Source: Eledone cirrhosa (taxonomy: Eukaryota). From it: a stretch of 64,000 nt of DNA. The notes beneath the pieces were generated by a model. The model saw only the letters and a list, made by a program, of their open reading frames with translations, was not told the origin of the DNA and searched no databases. Position numbers and translations under genes: made by a program. The stretch spans positions 48,980,001 to 49,044,000 of the forward strand of contig OZ024749.1 in NCBI GenBank assembly GCA_964016885.1, given 5' to 3'. Below, in pieces: positions 57,128-64,000 of this stretch. Position 1 is the stretch's first letter. Every line of letters starts with the position of its first letter.

Positions 57128-60100
57128 AAACAAAATGCTGCCATAACAAACAAACAAATTAACAGCTCACCAAAACAATTAAAACCATCTACTCTCACCT
57201 CAACGTTTTTGATTAACGCCCAGGGCATCAGCCCTTCCACCAATACTAAAAAATGGAAGATCAAATTCCTGGAGGACTGGGTTGATGTCCATCCAAACCA
57301 CATCCCTTTCTTGGTCCTCACTGAAACCCATCTCAGTAACCTCCACTTGGAAGCCGAGGTGAAACATATTTTCTAATGTATGCTGCGAAGCACTCACTGT
57401 ATTCAGTCAAACCAACAACCTAATAGTAGTTGGGCTCTATAGGCCACCCCAAACGCCTCTACCATGCTTCAAGGAATGCCTCAACAGCATAAAGTGTTTC
57501 ATCCAAGAGTGTTACCCTGACAACATCTTAATGATGGGGGACTTCAACCTGCCCGGAGTTGACTGGTCCACAAACAGCCTGCCACCAGGTTCTTCTGCCT
57601 CACCCTCTGACAGGGAAGCAGTGGAATCGCTTCTTGACTTCATGGATGCTTTCTTCCTGTCCCATCTGGTGCTCGAACTAACGAGGTGCCACAAAAACGT
57701 CCTAGACTTAATTTTCAGCAATCACACTGACACTATCCACAATATATGCAGTGGAGAAAACTCTACTCTCTGATCATGACATGGTTATCTGTGATCTGTG
57801 ATTCCACCGTCTAATATACAAACCCAATGTCATCTCTCCCATAGTTTGACGCTATGGATTTCCACAATGCACACTGGGAAGCGATCAGTCATGATCTTGC
57901 ACATGTCGACTGGTCCTTCACGCACACTCACACACCCACTAACATCAAAAAGTCCTGGCAGACATTTGTGGACACTGTTACAAACATATGTGCAAAAGAC
58001 ACCCCATTAAGAACTATAAGAGCAGAATCCCTAGAAATAGAAAAACGCTCATCAGGAAAATTAAGAGAACTAACAAAAAAATCAACAAGCTGAAATACTG
58101 TCAGCGTCAACACATCAACTTGACTGCCATTTCATCACTAGAGATTAAAAAACATAACCTCCAAAACAATATGATGTCTATCATCAACAATCAGAGAAGA
58201 GCTGAAGAGGGCTGGACCATTGAGAACATCAAACTCAATCCCAAAGTGTTCTTTTCATTTGCAAAAAAAAACACAAAATCACTGGCTCTTATGCTGGTCC
58301 TCTAATTGATGAAAATGTCACTCTTCAAGACAATGCTAAAACCATGGGTGATATACTACAGAAACAATACTGCTCTGTTTTCCGCAATCCTGATATGGCC
58401 GATCTGGGCTGTATCGGCGATGTTACTCGACATTACACCTTATCGGACATAACGTGTGGTGCCCCTGATGTCTTAGCGACAATAAAGGAAATCAAGCATA
58501 ATTCAGCAGTAGGTCCCGATAGGTTCCCTGCTTGTGTCTTGAAGGCGTGTCAACACCAACTTGCATCGCCTCTTGCCAATATGTGGCGGAACTCATTGGA
58601 TGCTGGATATGTGCCAGAAAACATTCTATCCCAGTCTGTGGTCCCAGTTTTCAAAAAAGGAAACAAACCCTCGGCCGTGAATTACCGTCCAATCTCACTC
58701 ACCTCTCATATCATTAAGGTATTTGAGAGAGTGGTGAGATCGCGAATAACTCACTTCCTTGAGAGTAACAATATGCTGAACACCAACCAGCATGGATTCC
58801 GTAATGGAAGGGATTGTCTGACGCAGCTACTGCATGACTTTGATAACATTTTGAGAGCCTTGGGAGAGGGTTCCAACACTGATGTTATCTACCATCATTT
58901 CAGCAAGGCCTTTGACAGGGTTGATCACAACATTCTACTGAGAAAGCTGTCCAATATTGGTGTCACTGGAAAGCTGCTGCAGTGGATCAAGAGCTTCCTG
59001 TCAAACAGAACCCAACATGTTGTAGTCAAAGGAGTCAAATCCAGCCCAGCCAAAGTCAGTAGTGGTGTCCCACAAGGCACTGTGTTGGGCCCACTTCTCT
59101 TCATCATCCATATTAATGACATTACTGACATCATCAAATACAGCAACATTAGAATTTTCGCTGATGATTCCAACCTCCAAAAGGTCATCAATGGCGTGGA
59201 TGACCAGATAAGCCTTCAGTCAGACCTACTGGCTGTTCCACAATGGGCGGAAAAGAACAACATGTTACTGAACGAAGACAAATCCGAACTGATCCACTTT
59301 GGAAAAGAGGATGCTCTGAAACTACCGTACTCCCTTTCCTCCGGTGAAACTCTCGTGGCATCTAACAACATCAGAGACTTGGGAGTAACCGTGGACAGCA
59401 ACATAAGCTGGGCCACGCATATAAGCAGCAAAGTTGACATGGCCCGCAGAATGTGTTCCTGGATCCTCAGAACCTTCCAGTCGAGAGATTCCCACACCAT
59501 TATCCTTCTCTCCTCCACAATTGCCCGACCACACCTTGAATATTGTTGTCCACTGTGGTCTCCCCACACGAAACAAAGTATCATGAAACTTGAAGTTCCC
59601 CAAAGGGCAATCAAGAAAAAGATAGATGGTATGTCAGACCTTGACTACTGGGTGAACTAGAAAAGCTGAAACTTTACTCACTTCAACGTCGCCGTGAGCG
59701 TTATATTATCTGCACAATGTGGAAAATGTTTCATCAGCACTGCCCAAATGATGTTGGCATGACCTTCAAAATACACCCAATGCTTGGGCCCCGTGCTATC
59801 CGTCCCAAACAAAAATCTAAATCGCAACTCATAACAACAATACGGCACAATTATTTCACCTCAATTGGCCCTGCTCTCTTCAACATCACACCAGGACACG
59901 TCAAAACAGAAACTGACCACACAAAATTCAAGAAGTCTTTGGACAAATTCCTCCAAGTAATCCCGGACAAACCACCCACACTCGGATATGTCTCCGCAAA
60001 CAGTAATTATCTTCTCGAATGGGCCATGGTGCCCAAATCCTGAATTGAAAGACTTCGCCAGGTGGTGCTATTTAGTTAGACATTGCCTGGGCCAATACTG

Positions 60101-60129
60101 GCCAAATCAAAGTTATTCAAAGTTTAAAG

Positions 60130-60130
<1 letters not shown>
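57128..60130 (+). mobile_element. CR1-group LINE ORF2 (APE endonuclease and RT), pseudogenised, in (TA)n
   Basis: APE motifs NAQG, LTETHL, LYRPP, GDFNLPGVDW and LDLIF; RT motifs NYRPISLTS, QHGFR, FSKAFDRVDH, GVPQGTVLGPLLF, FADD, RDLGV and RPHLEYC. Several frameshifts. Confidence 0.95.
58344..59660 (+). pseudogene. Reverse transcriptase domain ORF of the CR1-group LINE (438-aa open fragment)
   Basis: All core RT motifs are in frame, but the first catalytic Asp is lost (YHHFSKAFD versus YLDFSKAFD). Confidence 0.9.
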
Positions 60131-60205
<75 letters not shown>

Positions 60206-60207
<2 letters not shown>

Positions 60208-60586
60208 TCTGCCTCCTTCACTGTATTTGTCACCAAAACTATGTCGTCGGCAAATTCAGCATCCGATACCTTTTTCGCCCCAACTCTCCTGCTCTGAGCC
60301 CAAAAGTCAGCTCAAATGTCAGCTCAAAAGTCAGCTCAAAAGTGACACAGAGGAGACTGAGGTTGGCTGGACATGCTCACGCACATCCAGAGTGACATTG
60401 CACTCAGTGCTCCTTTGGGAGCCCCTACATGGACACACTAGAAGGGGAAGACCAAGGTTAACATATGTTGATGCCCTAAGGACAGACACTGGTCTGTTGG
60501 AGATGCAGGATATGGCAGCGATAATGAGGGACAGAGACCGCTGGAGAGAACTCGTCCATGGATCTCGGGAATTTTACCCGCCTTAG
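60206..60586 (+). mobile_element. RTE-type LINE 3' end with a 5'-inverted RT fragment
   Basis: Plus strand gives QRRLRLAGH...LLWEPLHGHTRRGRPRLTYVD. Minus strand 60206-60299 gives SRRVGAKKVSDAEFADDIVLVTNTVKEAE. A 12-bp tandem repeat sits at the junction. Confidence 0.88.
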
Positions 60587-60611
60587 ATATATATATATAA
60601 ATATATATATA

Positions 60612-62446
<1,835 letters not shown>

Positions 62447-62467
62447 ATGTATATATATATATATATA

Positions 62468-62742
<275 letters not shown>

Positions 62743-63412
62743 ATGTGAACGCAGAAGTGAATATTTCAAAAAACGTTTCAACCGGAGCAAGACAGGAAGA
62801 CGATACTTTGGTTCGTGGAAACGCTCCCTGGCAAAGAACGGGAAAAAAACGAATATAATAGGTCATTATTTGGTGCAGTGAAAAACAATTCCACGCAAAG
62901 ACAAAACTACGTTTATGGTATAAAAGAAGTCGTAGACTAATATTCTATATGTGGCAATTTCGGCTTGTATACATAAATTGCACAACACTTTCTGTATTAC
63001 AGCCCCACATTATACCCTAACGGATAGTATGAACTATACGCGGGTATTTTACGTCTTGATGTGGTAGCTAAGTATATGTTATGTTTATACCATTACTTAT
63101 TTGCATAGGTAAGTATATATTACCTGTATGTTTTGTGAAGGTACGTATACATTCTCGTACGTATATTTGATGTATATGTTATGGCGTATATATTATATAT
63201 TCTGTTACATATGCTTTTGGTTATGCGTATACGTGAGTTTTGTGTCTGTGTGAGTATGTAGGTGCGTACCAAGGAAGGGTGTGTGTATATGTGTACTTTG
63301 TGTTTTGGTTGACGTTCGTCTCCAAACATATGTGTATTTACATGTAGGTATGTGTGTGCGCGTGTTATATGCGTATTTATTTATTTATATACGTTTATTT
63401 AATTATATGTAT

Positions 63413-63500
<88 letters not shown>

Positions 63501-64000
63501 GTATTTTTTTTTTTTTAAATATATTTTTATGTGTATTTGGTGTATACTTTCGTATGCGTGCGGGTACAATTGTTCCTCTTCTTGCTGTTTGGAAGAATTT
63601 TTCTTTGATATTAAATATTCGCAACTGCGTGGAATTTACTCTTGTCAATTAGTTTTCTGGCTTTCTATCCTGATGATATCAGATGATATCATAGGGCATT
63701 TTTATTTCCCTCACCTGTATCTTTATATAACTATATCTTACGTTGCCATATTTACTACGTTTTCAATTTCGGTACTCTAAACCAAACCAAAATCCGCTGT
63801 TTTTCCTACTTGCCCTAGTTACGGATTTCATTTGGAATAACATGTTCACAGCTATGTGTATGAGGAAATTTCCTTAGCCAATTTGCATCAGTAGCAGCTT
63901 GCAAAACGTTAATATTTTGATGAATTTTCATTTAACTAATCTACATTCCATGTTAGGTTCTACCTAACAGATAATCATCTCTCCATTGAATGTCTTTCCA

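Noticed and set aside
58344-59660. Active or domesticated reverse transcriptase gene
   Set aside because: A catalytic Asp is substituted and the flanking ORF2 regions are frameshifted; consistent with a dead LINE copy.

Overview
AT-rich eukaryotic non-coding DNA, dense in (TA)n, (CA)n, (GA)n and (TAA)n microsatellites. The tRNA-derived SINE family resembles octopod cephalopod SINEs (recognised from memory, not searched). No intact host protein-coding gene is evident, and most listed ORFs (YIYI, VCVC, THTH) are microsatellite artefacts. Recognisable content: a decayed CR1-group LINE (57.1-60.1 kb); R4/Dong-type RLE LINEs and a Tx1/L1-like 3' end nested in one (TAA)n tract (37.6-40.6 kb); RTE-type fragments, one with a 5' inversion; about ten SINE copies, several with TSDs; and three heavily decayed Penelope-like (PLE) RT/GIY-YIG remnants. 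The most striking signal is at least seven sequence families of 190-400 bp fold-back elements in or beside (TA)n tracts. Most share one architecture: a short inverted arm, a long arm and an unpaired 3' tail. Most carry type I hammerhead ribozyme cores or half-cores. I interpret them as non-autonomous, hammerhead-bearing, PLE-mobilised elements that target (TA)n. A perfect minus-strand AG|GTAAGT recursive splice motif at about 18.65 kb suggests the window lies inside a very long intron. All alignments, translations and folds were done by eye.
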